This document shows positions 54,413-64,000 of a stretch of DNA of 64,000 nt, piece by piece. The stretch covers positions 128,001 to 192,000 of the forward strand of contig CAZALK010000007.1 of assembly GCA_964486045.1 (NCBI GenBank). The letters are read 5' to 3'. The translations under genes and the position numbers were made by a program. Under the pieces are notes generated by a model. The model made no database searches and had not been told where the DNA came from. It was given only the letters and a program-made list of their open reading frames with translations. Every line of letters begins with the position of its first letter. Within the stretch, counting starts at the first letter, position 1. This stretch comes from an uncultured archaeon (GTDB taxonomy: Archaea > Asgardarchaeota > Lokiarchaeia > Sigyniarchaeales > SOKP01).

Positions 54413-56164
54413 ATGAAATTCAATAAATTAGCACAGCTTTTTTCAGAACTAGAGAGTACTACAAAAAGGTTGGAAAAGATTGATATTCTATCAAAATTTT
54501 TTAGAGAAATTAAGGAATTAGGAAAATTCGAAGATTTAGATAGTATTGTTTATCTTTTACAAGGTCAGTTAGTACCAAATATAAAACAATTTCCCAAAAT
54601 GGGAATAGCTGAAAAAATGATAATCGAAGCATTATCGATACACTCTGGATTAGAAAGTAAGGAAATTAGAGATGTGTTGGTGAAACAAGGAGATATAGGA
54701 GCAACTGCTGAACTACTTTTATCGAAGAGAAGAAAACAAAGATCCCTTTTTGATTATGATGAAAAAAATACAGCACCTTCCTTAGAGCTTTCTGATTTAT
54801 ACTCTGAGTTAAAGAAAATCGCTTTAACTGATGGTGTAGGCTCACATGATAACAAGTTAGGAATTTTAAGAGGATTGATGAGAAAAAGTTCCCCTTTAGA
54901 AACGAAATATGTATTACGAATCATAACATCTACACTAAGAGTGGGTGTTCAATCATCAACAATTATCGAAGGTTTAACTCATGCATTAACAGGTTCTAGA
55001 GGAAATAAAGAATTTATTGAAAGAGCTTATAGTTTACATCCGGATTTGGGCGAAATTTCAAAAATTTTAGCAGAGCAGGGTTTAGAGAAAGTAAAAGAGA
55101 TCGATATTGAATATGGAACTCCTATTCTTAGCATGCTTGCCTCACGAGATAATTATACTGAATTTGTTAGTAGATTGGGAACGCCTTTTATCGCAGAGTA
55201 TAAACTGGATGGAGAAAGACTTCAAATACACAAAGATGGAGAAAATGTAATTTTGTTTTCCCGGAGGTTATTGGATATTTCAGAACAGTATCCTGATGTA
55301 TGTGAAATTGTTAAAGAAAGTATAAAAGCACATAAAGTTATTGTTGAAGGGGAAGTTGTTGCCATGGACCATGTTTATGAAAAAATGCTTCCATTTCAAG
55401 TTTTGAGTAAAAGAAGACGGAAATATGATGTTGAAGATATTTCTAAAGAAGTTCCCGTTTGTTTATTTGTGTTCGATCTCTTAAAATTTGGAGAAGACTC
55501 ATTTGTAGATAAAGCCTTGCCTAAACGTCGTAAAAAATTAGAGGAAATTATAGAAGAAAGGGATGAGTTGCGCCTAGTTAAATCGGTAACGATTAATTCT
55601 ACTGATGAATTGCTGGATTTCTTTAAAAATGCGAGATTAGAGGGAAATGAAGGCATCATGGCAAAATCGATTCAGGATGATGCAATTTATCAAGCAGGTA
55701 ATCGAGGTTTTTTATGGATAAAGTTGAAAAGTCTAGAAGGAGGTAAATTAAGAGATTCTATAGATGTCGTCATAGTAGGAGCATTTTATGGAAAAGGTCG
55801 ACGAACTGGGGTATTGGGAACATACATAGGTGCTGTGTACGACCCAGAAATAAATAAATTTATCGCTTTTACTCGATTTTTTTCCGGTTTAACTGATGTG
55901 TTATCAGTATCTTTAACTCAAGACATGGAAAAATACAAAACAGATAAAAAACCAAGTAATGTGATATGTGAAGATAACCCTGATTTGTGGCTTCAACCCA
56001 AAATCGTAGTTGAGATAACTGGTGATGAATTAACAAGAAGTGACAAATTCGCTAGCTTAGGTTATTCTTTGAGATTTCCAGTTTTCCAAAGATTACGTTA
56101 CGAAAAAGACCCGAAAGATATTACTACAGTTGATGAAATTAATGAATTATACAAAACACAATAG
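54413..56164 (+). CDS. lig: ATP-dependent DNA ligase
   Basis: EYKLDGERLQIH (KxDG), EGEVV, FDLL, EGIMAK, WIKLK, LRFPVF.R.R. Confidence 0.97.
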   Translation: MKFNKLAQLFSELESTTKRLEKIDILSKFFREIKELGKFEDLDSIVYLLQGQLVPNIKQFPKMGIAEKMIIEALSIHSGLESKEIRDVLVKQGDIGATAELLLSKRRKQRSLFDYDEKNTAPSLELSDLYSELKKIALTDGVGSHDNKLGILRGLMRKSSPLETKYVLRIITSTLRVGVQSSTIIEGLTHALTGSRGNKEFIERAYSLHPDLGEISKILAEQGLEKVKEIDIEYGTPILSMLASRDNYTEFVSRLGTPFIAEYKLDGERLQIHKDGENVILFSRRLLDISEQYPDVCEIVKESIKAHKVIVEGEVVAMDHVYEKMLPFQVLSKRRRKYDVEDISKEVPVCLFVFDLLKFGEDSFVDKALPKRRKKLEEIIEERDELRLVKSVTINSTDELLDFFKNARLEGNEGIMAKSIQDDAIYQAGNRGFLWIKLKSLEGGKLRDSIDVVIVGAFYGKGRRTGVLGTYIGAVYDPEINKFIAFTRFFSGLTDVLSVSLTQDMEKYKTDKKPSNVICEDNPDLWLQPKIVVEITGDELTRSDKFASLGYSLRFPVFQRLRYEKDPKDITTVDEINELYKTQ

Positions 56165-56189
56165 TCTAGAACTATTACATTATTTACAA

Positions 56190-57680
56190 TTAAAGTTTGA
56201 TAATTAGATTATTTTTCCTTTCTAAATCTTTTAATGACGAGGGTAGATGCTCAATTTTATTAAAATTTAAGTCTAGAATTTTTAATTTTGATAGCGAGGT
56301 AACTGAATCTGGGAGGGTTTCAAGCCGATTACCCCATAGATTTAATTCTTCCAAAGCTGATAAGGCTCCTATCCATATTGGAAGAGTCGTAAAATTATTC
56401 CAGCTTAGATTTAAGCTCTTAAGTGAGCTTAAATTTATTAAAGAAGATGGGAGAATACGTAATTCGTTATTTCTCAAATTTAATCTTTCTAGTGATTTAA
56501 GTGAACCAAATGATTCTGGAATTTCAACCAAGTTATTATCATACAGATCTAATTCTTTGAGTGAGGAAAAAGAACCCAACCAAGGGGGAAGATTTGATAA
56601 TTTATTACCTCCTAATCCTAATTTTTCTAATGATGAAAGAGGTTCTATGGCATGAGGTATTATTTTAAAATTATTCCACCCTAGCTCTAGCTCAGTTATT
56701 GAATTACTCAAATTTACCGCTATACACCTCAATTTATTTCCATGTAAATCTAGAGTTTTTAAAGAAGAAAGTGATTTGATTGATTCAGGGAGATGTGATA
56801 GGACATTGTTTCTTAAATTTAAATGCTCTAGTGATGATACTGATCCTATAGATTTTGGGAGCTTTCTTAATCTATTTGATTTAAGATTTAAAGTTTTTAT
56901 TAGCGTAAAATTGTGAAGATTAGGAAGATTTACTAATTTGTTATAACTTAAATCCAAATACTCAATTGAATTATTAAACGTTTCAGGAATCTTAGTTAGG
57001 TGATTAAAACGCAGGTCACACATTTTAAGTTTTCTCAATGAAAAAATTGGTTCAAGGAAATTTTCAAGTTTATTAACTCCTGAACTATATCTCTCAATAT
57101 TTGATAGATCTAATACACGGATTAAACCATCTTCATTATTCTTAAATTTGAAGTAACCAAATTTTATTTTCAAAAATGAAATAATGTGATAATTTATTAA
57201 AATTTCTGCAAGTTTAATACTAGAGAAGTTTCTTATATTTTCCTTTTTAACAAAACTCTTCAGGATAGAATTAAACTGTTTTTTTTGAAGCTTCTTTAAT
57301 TTACTAATTAAAATAGATTTAGATTTTTCATTATCTATACTTGCTATTGTTGAAATAATTGTTGTCAAACACTTTAAAGATTTTTCATGTTCCAGAGCCC
57401 ATATCATTGGATCTAGAGCTTTATCCTGATAATGATTTTTTAAAACCTTACAGGTTAAATTTCTAACGTCTTCATTTAATTCAGAAATTAGTAAATGTTC
57501 TAAGAATTTAAAAGTTCTTTCATCATTAATTTGTATTTTATTCAATATTTTAACGCTTTCTATTCGTGTTTCAACAACATCAGCATTTTCAATTAAAGTT
57601 AATATTAATTCAATAGCAGATGACTTATCTAAATCTTTATTCTTAAAATCTTGATAAATAGCATTTGGAGTTAAAGGCAT
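56190..57680 (-). CDS. HEAT-repeat + leucine-rich repeat protein
   Basis: N-terminal HEAT-like helices; many LxxLxLxxNxLxxLP repeats. Confidence 0.9.
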   Translation of the reverse strand: MPLTPNAIYQDFKNKDLDKSSAIELILTLIENADVVETRIESVKILNKIQINDERTFKFLEHLLISELNEDVRNLTCKVLKNHYQDKALDPMIWALEHEKSLKCLTTIISTIASIDNEKSKSILISKLKKLQKKQFNSILKSFVKKENIRNFSSIKLAEILINYHIISFLKIKFGYFKFKNNEDGLIRVLDLSNIERYSSGVNKLENFLEPIFSLRKLKMCDLRFNHLTKIPETFNNSIEYLDLSYNKLVNLPNLHNFTLIKTLNLKSNRLRKLPKSIGSVSSLEHLNLRNNVLSHLPESIKSLSSLKTLDLHGNKLRCIAVNLSNSITELELGWNNFKIIPHAIEPLSSLEKLGLGGNKLSNLPPWLGSFSSLKELDLYDNNLVEIPESFGSLKSLERLNLRNNELRILPSSLINLSSLKSLNLSWNNFTTLPIWIGALSALEELNLWGNRLETLPDSVTSLSKLKILDLNFNKIEHLPSSLKDLERKNNLIIKL

Positions 57681-57710
57681 GAATCTGAAATTATCATATG
57701 TATATGTGTT

Positions 57711-59291
57711 TTAAATTCTTTCAATAACCATACCACCCAATCTAATAGGACCACCTGTAGCGTTGTATATTTTTTCTGCTTTTCTCAATTTAGATTCACT
57801 TTGGGAATAGATTCTAAACACTAGATCTCCTTTCTTAATTTTTGCTCCTTGTTTTTTTATAATTTCTACGCCAGACATCTTGGAACTTGGACATCCCGCA
57901 GTTTTTGCTATTTGGTTGATTATTGAATTATTCACTTCAACTATATAACCGTCTTTTTTAGCAAAAAATTCTTTTAGACTTGGACCAATTTCAATATCTT
58001 CTGGCTTAACATTGGGATTTCCCCCTTGGATTTCGATGATTTTTTTCATTTTTTCATAAGCCTTACCGGAATGTAAAATATCTTTTGCTAAGGTTTGACC
58101 TTCACCTTTTTGAGCTTTTCCACTCATTTCGAGAATCATTCCAGCTAAATCGGTGGATTTTTCTATTAAGGAATTAGGTCCAGCTTTGTAATCTCTAAGC
58201 AATATCAAAGCCTCTCTAGCTTCTAAGGCAGGTCCAACAGCATGTCCTATAGGTTGGTGAGCTAATGTTAGTGCACATTCTGATTCAATACCTACATTAG
58301 CTGCGATTTCTTTAAATAAATAAGCGAATTGTTTTCCATTCTCTGGAGTTGGAAATTTAGTACCTTCTCCAACAGGAATATCAAGAACCAGTTTTTTAAC
58401 ACCCAATGAAAGTTTTTTAGTGAGAATTGAAGGTATCATAAGACCCACAGGATCCATATGTAGGGGACGCTCAATTTCAATTAGGACATTATCTGCGGGA
58501 GCTGTTTCAAGCGCCCCACCCCAAATTATACATGCATTTTCTTTGGAAACAATCTCATTTAAGTCGTGGGGGTTAAAAGCAACTGGTGCAAGAACTTCCA
58601 TAGAATCTGCCGTTCCTGATGGTGATGTTATAGCTCTCGTCGAAGACTTTGGTATAGTTAAACCCGCTGCTGCAACAATTGGGACAATAATGAGAGAAAC
58701 TTTATTACCAGGGACGCCACCGTTCAGCAAAAATTACTAACTGTAAATTTTTGTACTGTGTTTATCAAACACATCCATCCCAAAATAAAATATTTCCCCA
58801 CTTCTAGTTTCTGCTAATGTCAGAGCAGTCATTTCCTCGTTGTCCATCCCATTAATTGAAACTCCTGTTATAAATGCTGCCAGATCAATTCTAGATAATG
58901 ATCCAGATACAGCGTCAGATACTATACTGTTTATTTCTTCACTTGAAAGTTTTTGTCCTTTAATCTTCTTTTTAATATGCCTGAAAGAATCTGGAGGTTC
59001 AGCAGGTTTTACTGAAACAATCGTCTCATTTTTTAAACTCTTTTTTTCTCGTAAAATATCTAGAAAGATCCCAATTTCCCCAGAATCTACGACTGAGTTT
59101 GAGTAATCTATTTGGATAATAGCTGTCCAAAATTTATCCTCTAAAGATCGTGATTTGATATTTTTAATAAAAATACGTTCTCCTGCTTTTTGTCCTAATT
59201 CTTGAGCATCTTTAACATTTAACACAACATCTCTTGTATTTCCAGTTTCAAAATTTATTTCTTTTACTTTCAGTTTCATATTTTCAACCAA
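57711..59291 (-). CDS. AMP phosphorylase (thymidine phosphorylase family); join(58753..59291,57711..58722), ~516 aa after splicing
   Basis: Two same-frame ORFs give ..FDKHST / GGVPGNKVSL..PKSSTRAITSPSGTADSMEVL..APAD..QPIG..VGPALEA; separated by a 30-nt stop-containing insert. Confidence 0.92.
58723..58752 (-). other. Putative BHB/BHL-type pre-mRNA intron in AMP phosphorylase (30 nt)
   Basis: Minus strand CAGT-[AC^A]-AAAATTTAC-agtta-GTAATTTTT-GCTG-[AA^C]: central helix CAGT/GCTG, 8/9-bp inner helix, in-frame TAG TAA; excision yields CAC AGT ACC GGT GGC = HSTGG. Confidence 0.85.
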
Positions 59292-59474
59292 ACTTTATAC
59301 GATATACAGATATAAGAAATTAGTGATTAATAATTTTATTAATTATTTCTTAGTAGAAAATGAATGCTCTTTAAAAAACAAAGAAAGAGAAATAATATGA
59401 TTAATTTTTAAATGAGAAATAAAAATTAAAATATACAAACAAATAATTAAATTAAAAAGATTAGTAGAAATTTA

Positions 59475-60626
59475 TTGGGTAGAAAAATGAATAAATTTGA
59501 AAAAGCACAAAAAGTTTTAAAAGAATTAAATGGAGACGGTTGGTTAATTGTTTGTAATGAAGATAGCGATGTAAATTCTCGATTTTTACTTGGTGTACAA
59601 TCCCATGCTCGGCACTACATATACGTGGCGGCAAATGGAGATCATAGAATTCTTGCTGTTCAAATGGAAGCACCAATGATCGAGAGATCCCTAAAAAATA
59701 ACGGCGTAAACGCTAAAGTTGATTCTTTTAACTCAATGGAAGACTTAGTATCAAAACTGAGCTTAATTATTAATAAACCACGAATTGCTCTTAATTATGG
59801 TGAGGACCTTTTTAGTCAAAAAGGGACTGGTTTTGCTGACTTTATCCGAGTAGGGGATTATTTTTCCTTAAAAACTCTATCCCCAAAAACTGAATTCTTC
59901 TCAGCAGCACCAATAATATCTAAATTGAGAAGCATTAAATCCCAAGAAGAATTAAAAGATTTACGTAATGTTTGTAAAGCAACAATTGAGATTTTAGAAA
60001 CCATTCCTGACTGGGTCAAATTAAGAATGACCGAAAGGGAGATCAGGGCAGAAATTGAGTATAAGTATATGAAACTTGGTAGACCTTCATTTCCAGCTAT
60101 TGTGGGTACAGGAACTAATGCTGCAGACCCACACCACAATACTTCAACAAAAAAAATTGATAAAGGTGTTCTCTTAATAGATACAGGTTTACAAATTGAT
60201 CAGATGTGCTCTGATATAACTTGGACTTTTTGGGTAGGTAGCAAACCTTCAGAGGATTTTCTTAAGGCGTATAGCGCACTTTATGAATCAAAAGAGATAG
60301 CTAATAAATTTTTTGTTGATAATGCTCCAAATTGTATTCCTGCCAAAAAATGCCGTGAATACTTATCTAATATGGGGTATGATCATGAAAGGTTATTTTT
60401 TCATGGTTTTGGTCATTCCCTTGGCTTTCAAGCTCATGATGTCGGTGCTAGAATAAGCTGGAAAGTGTCTGATGATTTTATTCTTAAGGAAAATATGGTA
60501 TATACAAGTGAACCAGGTTTATACTGGAAAAAAAAATGGGGAGTTCGATTGGAAGATGATGTGATTATTGGAAAAGAAAAGTGTGAGAAATTAACATATA
60601 ATCACAAAGCACCAATTACAATTTAA
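59475..60626 (+). CDS. Xaa-Pro aminopeptidase/prolidase (M24)
   Basis: RSIKSQEE, ADPHH, IDTG...SDIT, HGFGHSLG..HD, EPGLY, GVRLEDD. Confidence 0.92.
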   Translation: MGRKMNKFEKAQKVLKELNGDGWLIVCNEDSDVNSRFLLGVQSHARHYIYVAANGDHRILAVQMEAPMIERSLKNNGVNAKVDSFNSMEDLVSKLSLIINKPRIALNYGEDLFSQKGTGFADFIRVGDYFSLKTLSPKTEFFSAAPIISKLRSIKSQEELKDLRNVCKATIEILETIPDWVKLRMTEREIRAEIEYKYMKLGRPSFPAIVGTGTNAADPHHNTSTKKIDKGVLLIDTGLQIDQMCSDITWTFWVGSKPSEDFLKAYSALYESKEIANKFFVDNAPNCIPAKKCREYLSNMGYDHERLFFHGFGHSLGFQAHDVGARISWKVSDDFILKENMVYTSEPGLYWKKKWGVRLEDDVIIGKEKCEKLTYNHKAPITI

Positions 60627-60685
60627 TGTCTGGTCTCTGAAATTTTGGTTAATTATTTTGGTGAATTTACTTTTTTTTTTGATAT

Positions 60686-61984
60686 TTATAACTTGATGGG
60701 ATAAGGAAATTCCTTTGTGGTTTTAATAAGCTTCTGATCAGGATCATTGAACGTATTTTTAATTTTAATGACATAATCTCCCGCTTCAATAGGTTTAAGA
60801 TTTATTTCCCATTTGATACTTTCATTTGATTTAAGTGAATAAATTTGTTTGGTTAGAGTTCCTCTCATTATTTTAATTTGTTCTGGAAACTCTATTTCTA
60901 TATTAAGATTTAAGGCTTCCCCTTCACTTTTATTCTCGATCAGAACTTCAAGTGGAAAAGATTGATCGATGAGAGGAGGTCTTAGATTTTTTATAGATAT
61001 ATCTAAGGATGGGGGAGGAGATATTAGATTTGGTTTTAAAATTTGTGGAATTTCATACATAAAAAATTGCTTCCCATTTAATTCAAAATCTAATGAAATT
61101 GGACCAATAAAAGAGTCTTCCATTTGAAAATGTGGTTTTATTAAAATGGTAGTTTGTTTTCTATGACTAAATTCTATTGATATTGGAAGCTTTGGTCTTC
61201 CCTGAGAAGTTAGATTATCGGAAAGAGTAATCCCAATTTTATTCATCTTCAGTTCGTTTATATCATAATTATAAAAATTTTGCTTTGAAATCTCGATTAA
61301 AGGTTTTAGATCGATTGTTAGAGATAAATTTATTACTTCATTAGTAGTATATATTTCTTTATCAAGACCTGACTCAATTTTTATCGACGTATAGATTTCT
61401 CCTATAAAAAGTGCTTGTTTTACGAGCAGAATTTCAGCTCCTCGGAGCTTAAGATTATTAAAGTCATTTTTTATTCTCTTAATATATTTTTCATTCTTTT
61501 CTTTAGTTACTATGGTCAAATTTGTAATTAGACGAATTAATGAATTTTCTTTAAAATATTTGTCATTAACGAAATTTTTAATCTTTTTAACTAATTTCAA
61601 ACCTTCCTCTTTTTCCCCCTTAACAAAAAGACATAGAAATGATAAACATGAAAATAGAACATAATTATGGTTTCGATCAGAAGTACTTCTCAAATTAGGA
61701 ACATATTTTATTGCTTCTCTAAAGAACTCGTTTGCTTCTAAATATTCATTGTTAAAAAGGGATGCATTTCCAGCCTTTCTCAAGAAATCTAGCCCGATTA
61801 AATACTTATCTTCTTTCATGGAACATTTGGCAGAATCAAAATAACAATCTCGAGCAAATTCAAAATCACCTGACTTTAAATAAGAATCTCCAACAAAATC
61901 ATAAATTTTTGCTGCTCGTTTATATTGCATTGCTTTAAATAGTTTTTCAGCTTTTCTGAATTGTTTTTCGATGTCTTTAGCCAT
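60686..61984 (-). CDS. TPR/alpha-SNAP-like helical repeat protein with C-terminal Ig-like domains
   Basis: AAKIY..G.SY....F..A.DCY..SA..helical repeats; C-terminal beta-rich VLIENKSEGEALNL..WEINLKPIEAGDY. Confidence 0.6.
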   Translation of the reverse strand: MAKDIEKQFRKAEKLFKAMQYKRAAKIYDFVGDSYLKSGDFEFARDCYFDSAKCSMKEDKYLIGLDFLRKAGNASLFNNEYLEANEFFREAIKYVPNLRSTSDRNHNYVLFSCLSFLCLFVKGEKEEGLKLVKKIKNFVNDKYFKENSLIRLITNLTIVTKEKNEKYIKRIKNDFNNLKLRGAEILLVKQALFIGEIYTSIKIESGLDKEIYTTNEVINLSLTIDLKPLIEISKQNFYNYDINELKMNKIGITLSDNLTSQGRPKLPISIEFSHRKQTTILIKPHFQMEDSFIGPISLDFELNGKQFFMYEIPQILKPNLISPPPSLDISIKNLRPPLIDQSFPLEVLIENKSEGEALNLNIEIEFPEQIKIMRGTLTKQIYSLKSNESIKWEINLKPIEAGDYVIKIKNTFNDPDQKLIKTTKEFPYPIKL

Positions 61985-62150
61985 ATTAATCCCATAAAGA
62001 TAGTTAGTTTTACTTTTAGTAATTATTTTTTAAATTAAAAATTAAGCAATGGTTAAGATTTTAAATAACTAATTTAGAAAACAGAATAATTCAAATGAAA
62101 ATTATTTTTATTCACAATAAAAATATATTCCCGATACCATTACATTATGG

Positions 62151-62193
62151 TTTGTCATCCCGTGACTAGCATTTTCTCACAAGATTCATTCAA
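62151..62193 (-). promoter_or_regulatory. Eukaryote-type SECIS element
   Basis: Minus strand TTG-A-ATGA-ATCTTGTGA-GAAAATGCTAG-TCACGGGAT-GA-CAA: AUGA/GA kink-turn core, 9-bp helix II, AA-containing apex; directly downstream of a gene with two in-frame TGA. Confidence 0.85.
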
Positions 62194-62671
62194 TCGGTTT
62201 AGTCTTTTTTTTTTTATTATCCAAGTCTTTGTTCTTTTGATTGGATTTTGTAGCTTCTTTAAGAGGGTTACTACCTAAATCTGCGATTTGTTCTGAAATT
62301 CTAGTTACCTCATTTTGAAATCTCTGTCCTTCAGCCGCACTACAGTGAAATATCTGGACTCTCTCTGGTGAGATTCCAGTTGTCTTTAAGATTTCTTTAA
62401 CATATTGTACATTTCTTTCAGCTACTAAATTTCCAGTTTCGTAATCGCATTCCCCTCGATGTCACGCCCCAAGCACCACAGCGCTCGCCCCTTTACCTAT
62501 AGCCCGCATCATTAATGATGGAGTTACCCGTCCAGTACAATTTATTCTGACAGGCCTCAACGTTGCAGGATATTGAGCACGAATTGTGCCAGCCATATCC
62601 CCCGCACCGTATCCTCATTTCCAGCAAAGGAAAGCTAAGATTTTTATTTCGTTTATTGGTTCACTTGCCAC
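62186..62671 (-). CDS. vhuD: Selenocysteine-containing [2Fe-2S] hydrogenase delta subunit VhuD/MvhD (Sec at codons 19 and 70)
   Basis: GTG after GAGGTG SD; AFLCWK-U-GYGAGD, RINCTGRV, LGA-U-HRGECDY..GN, CSAAEGQRF; TGA at 62617-62615 and 62464-62462 fall at conserved Cys positions; missed by ORF track. Confidence 0.93.
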
Positions 62672-62684
62672 TTTTCACACCTCT

Positions 62685-64000
62685 CTATATTTCCTCAAGA
62701 ATTGCATCTATCTGCTTTTCGTATTGAGGTTCTCTATAATATCTTAAAGTTATTGCCTCAGATGGGCAATTCGAGAGACAAGCGCCACAACCTCTGCATA
62801 ATATTTCATTTACTTCGGCCCCGTCATCTTGTACTGTTATGGCATTGTAAGGACAATTTAATTCGCATAACCCGCACTTTGCACACTTTTCTTTATCTTC
62901 AACAGCAGCTCTAATTAAAAGTATGCGATATTTATCATTGCTCATTAACCGGGCTACTGAGGATGCTGCAGCTCTCCCCTGTGCTATTGATTCTACGATT
63001 GATTTTGGGCCTTGGCTCGTTCCCGCTAATGTGATCCCGGGTATTTTTGTATCGATCGGATTTAATCTCGCATGAAATTCCTTAAAAAACCCATCTTGGC
63101 TCAATTCAAGTTTTAGTAATCTCTGGATACTCTCGACGCCTTTAGCAGGTACCATTGAAGCAGAGAGCACAACCATATCGTATTCTAACTCTTTTAAGCC
63201 GCTTGAACTTAAAGTATTTTGCATCACTATTTTTAGGTTGTGAGTAGTTGGGTCTTCTTTTATTCTACTGATATTAGTTCTTATGTATTTTATACCTTCT
63301 TTTCTAGAGGCAGTAAAATACTCTTCATAGTCTTTCCCAGCTGCTCGCATATCCATGTAAGCTACCGTAATGTCTGAGTCTGGTGAATATTGTTTTATTA
63401 ATTTACTATTCTTGATGGTAATCATACAACAAACTCCAGAGCTACAATACGTATTCATATTCAAATCTCTTGACCCTACACACTGAATAAATAAAATTCT
63501 TTTAGGTTCCTTTCCATCTGACGGTCGGACAAGATGCCCTAAAGTAGGGCCATTCGGTGCAAGTATTCTTTCAAGTTTTAATTGAGTTATCACATTAGGA
63601 AACTTGTCATAGCCTAGATATCCTTTGGGTGGTTCAAATTCATCCCAACCAGTTGCGACTATAATTGTACCAATTGTTAACTCAATTAATTCATCAGTTT
63701 GATCAAAATCAATCGCGTTTACTTCACACGCGACCTTACAGAGACCACATTTAATACATCTATCCATGTCAATTTGAGCTAAAGCAGGAACTGCTTGTGC
63801 GAATGATGAATAAATTGCTTTCCTTGAATCCAATCCTTCATTAAATTCATTGTATCCAAACGCAGGACAAACCTCCCAGCAAGCTCCGCAACCATTACAA
63901 TCATTATTTACATATCGAGCCCTTTTTCGAATTTTCACATTAAAATTTCCAACGAATCCTTGTACATCCTCTACTTCACTATAAGTGTGCAAATTCAAAC
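62685..64000 (-). CDS. hdrA: Heterodisulfide reductase subunit A (5' end outside window)
   Basis: GFVGNF.V, 2x 4Fe-4S motifs, IIVATG, IQCVGSRD..YCS..CC, GPKSI..S, C-terminal ferredoxin domain. Confidence 0.95.
   Translation of the reverse strand, partial: LNLHTYSEVEDVQGFVGNFNVKIRKRARYVNNDCNGCGACWEVCPAFGYNEFNEGLDSRKAIYSSFAQAVPALAQIDMDRCIKCGLCKVACEVNAIDFDQTDELIELTIGTIIVATGWDEFEPPKGYLGYDKFPNVITQLKLERILAPNGPTLGHLVRPSDGKEPKRILFIQCVGSRDLNMNTYCSSGVCCMITIKNSKLIKQYSPDSDITVAYMDMRAAGKDYEEYFTASRKEGIKYIRTNISRIKEDPTTHNLKIVMQNTLSSSGLKELEYDMVVLSASMVPAKGVESIQRLLKLELSQDGFFKEFHARLNPIDTKIPGITLAGTSQGPKSIVESIAQGRAAASSVARLMSNDKYRILLIRAAVEDKEKCAKCGLCELNCPYNAITVQDDGAEVNEILCRGCGACLSNCPSEAITLRYYREPQYEKQIDAILEEI

Noticed and set aside
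47100-59291. RuBisCO + AMP phosphorylase as a clustered AMP-salvage CO2-fixation pathway
   Set aside because: The RuBisCO homologue is form IV lacking catalytic residues, the genes are ~9 kb apart, and no ribose-1,5-bisphosphate isomerase is visible

Overview
AT-rich archaeal chromosomal segment. Its gene content (Rab-, Rag- and Arf-like GTPases, a gelsolin-like protein, a tailed histone, a Bud23 homologue, eS25, Sec-containing VhuD with a eukaryote-type SECIS) points to an Asgard archaeon, probably Lokiarchaeia. It contains an rps13-rps4-rps11 cluster, serS, cofC, a sulfatase/beta-galactosidase pair, hisG-hisD-hisC, DNA ligase, a form IV RuBisCO-like protein, hdrA-vhuD and an intron-containing tRNA-Ser(CGA). 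Main finding: two protein-coding genes that the ORF track breaks or misses, a histone (9236-9502, +) and AMP phosphorylase (57711-59291, -), each carry an in-frame 30-nt stop-containing insertion that folds into a relaxed bulge-helix-bulge (BHB/BHL) motif. Cutting at the standard splicing-endonuclease positions restores the expected protein sequence (GYIAK|APIRRLMK and DKHST|GGVPGNK). These look like tRNA-type introns in mRNAs. A second candidate system is a duplicated module: a giant single-pass receptor with a swapped extracellular domain plus a translationally coupled uDENN/longin-like protein, the two copies flanking a longin-GTPase. Also seen: probable ATT/ATA start codons, an unannotated TRASH microprotein and several gene remnants. 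All family assignments come from motif recognition by eye; no database searches were run.
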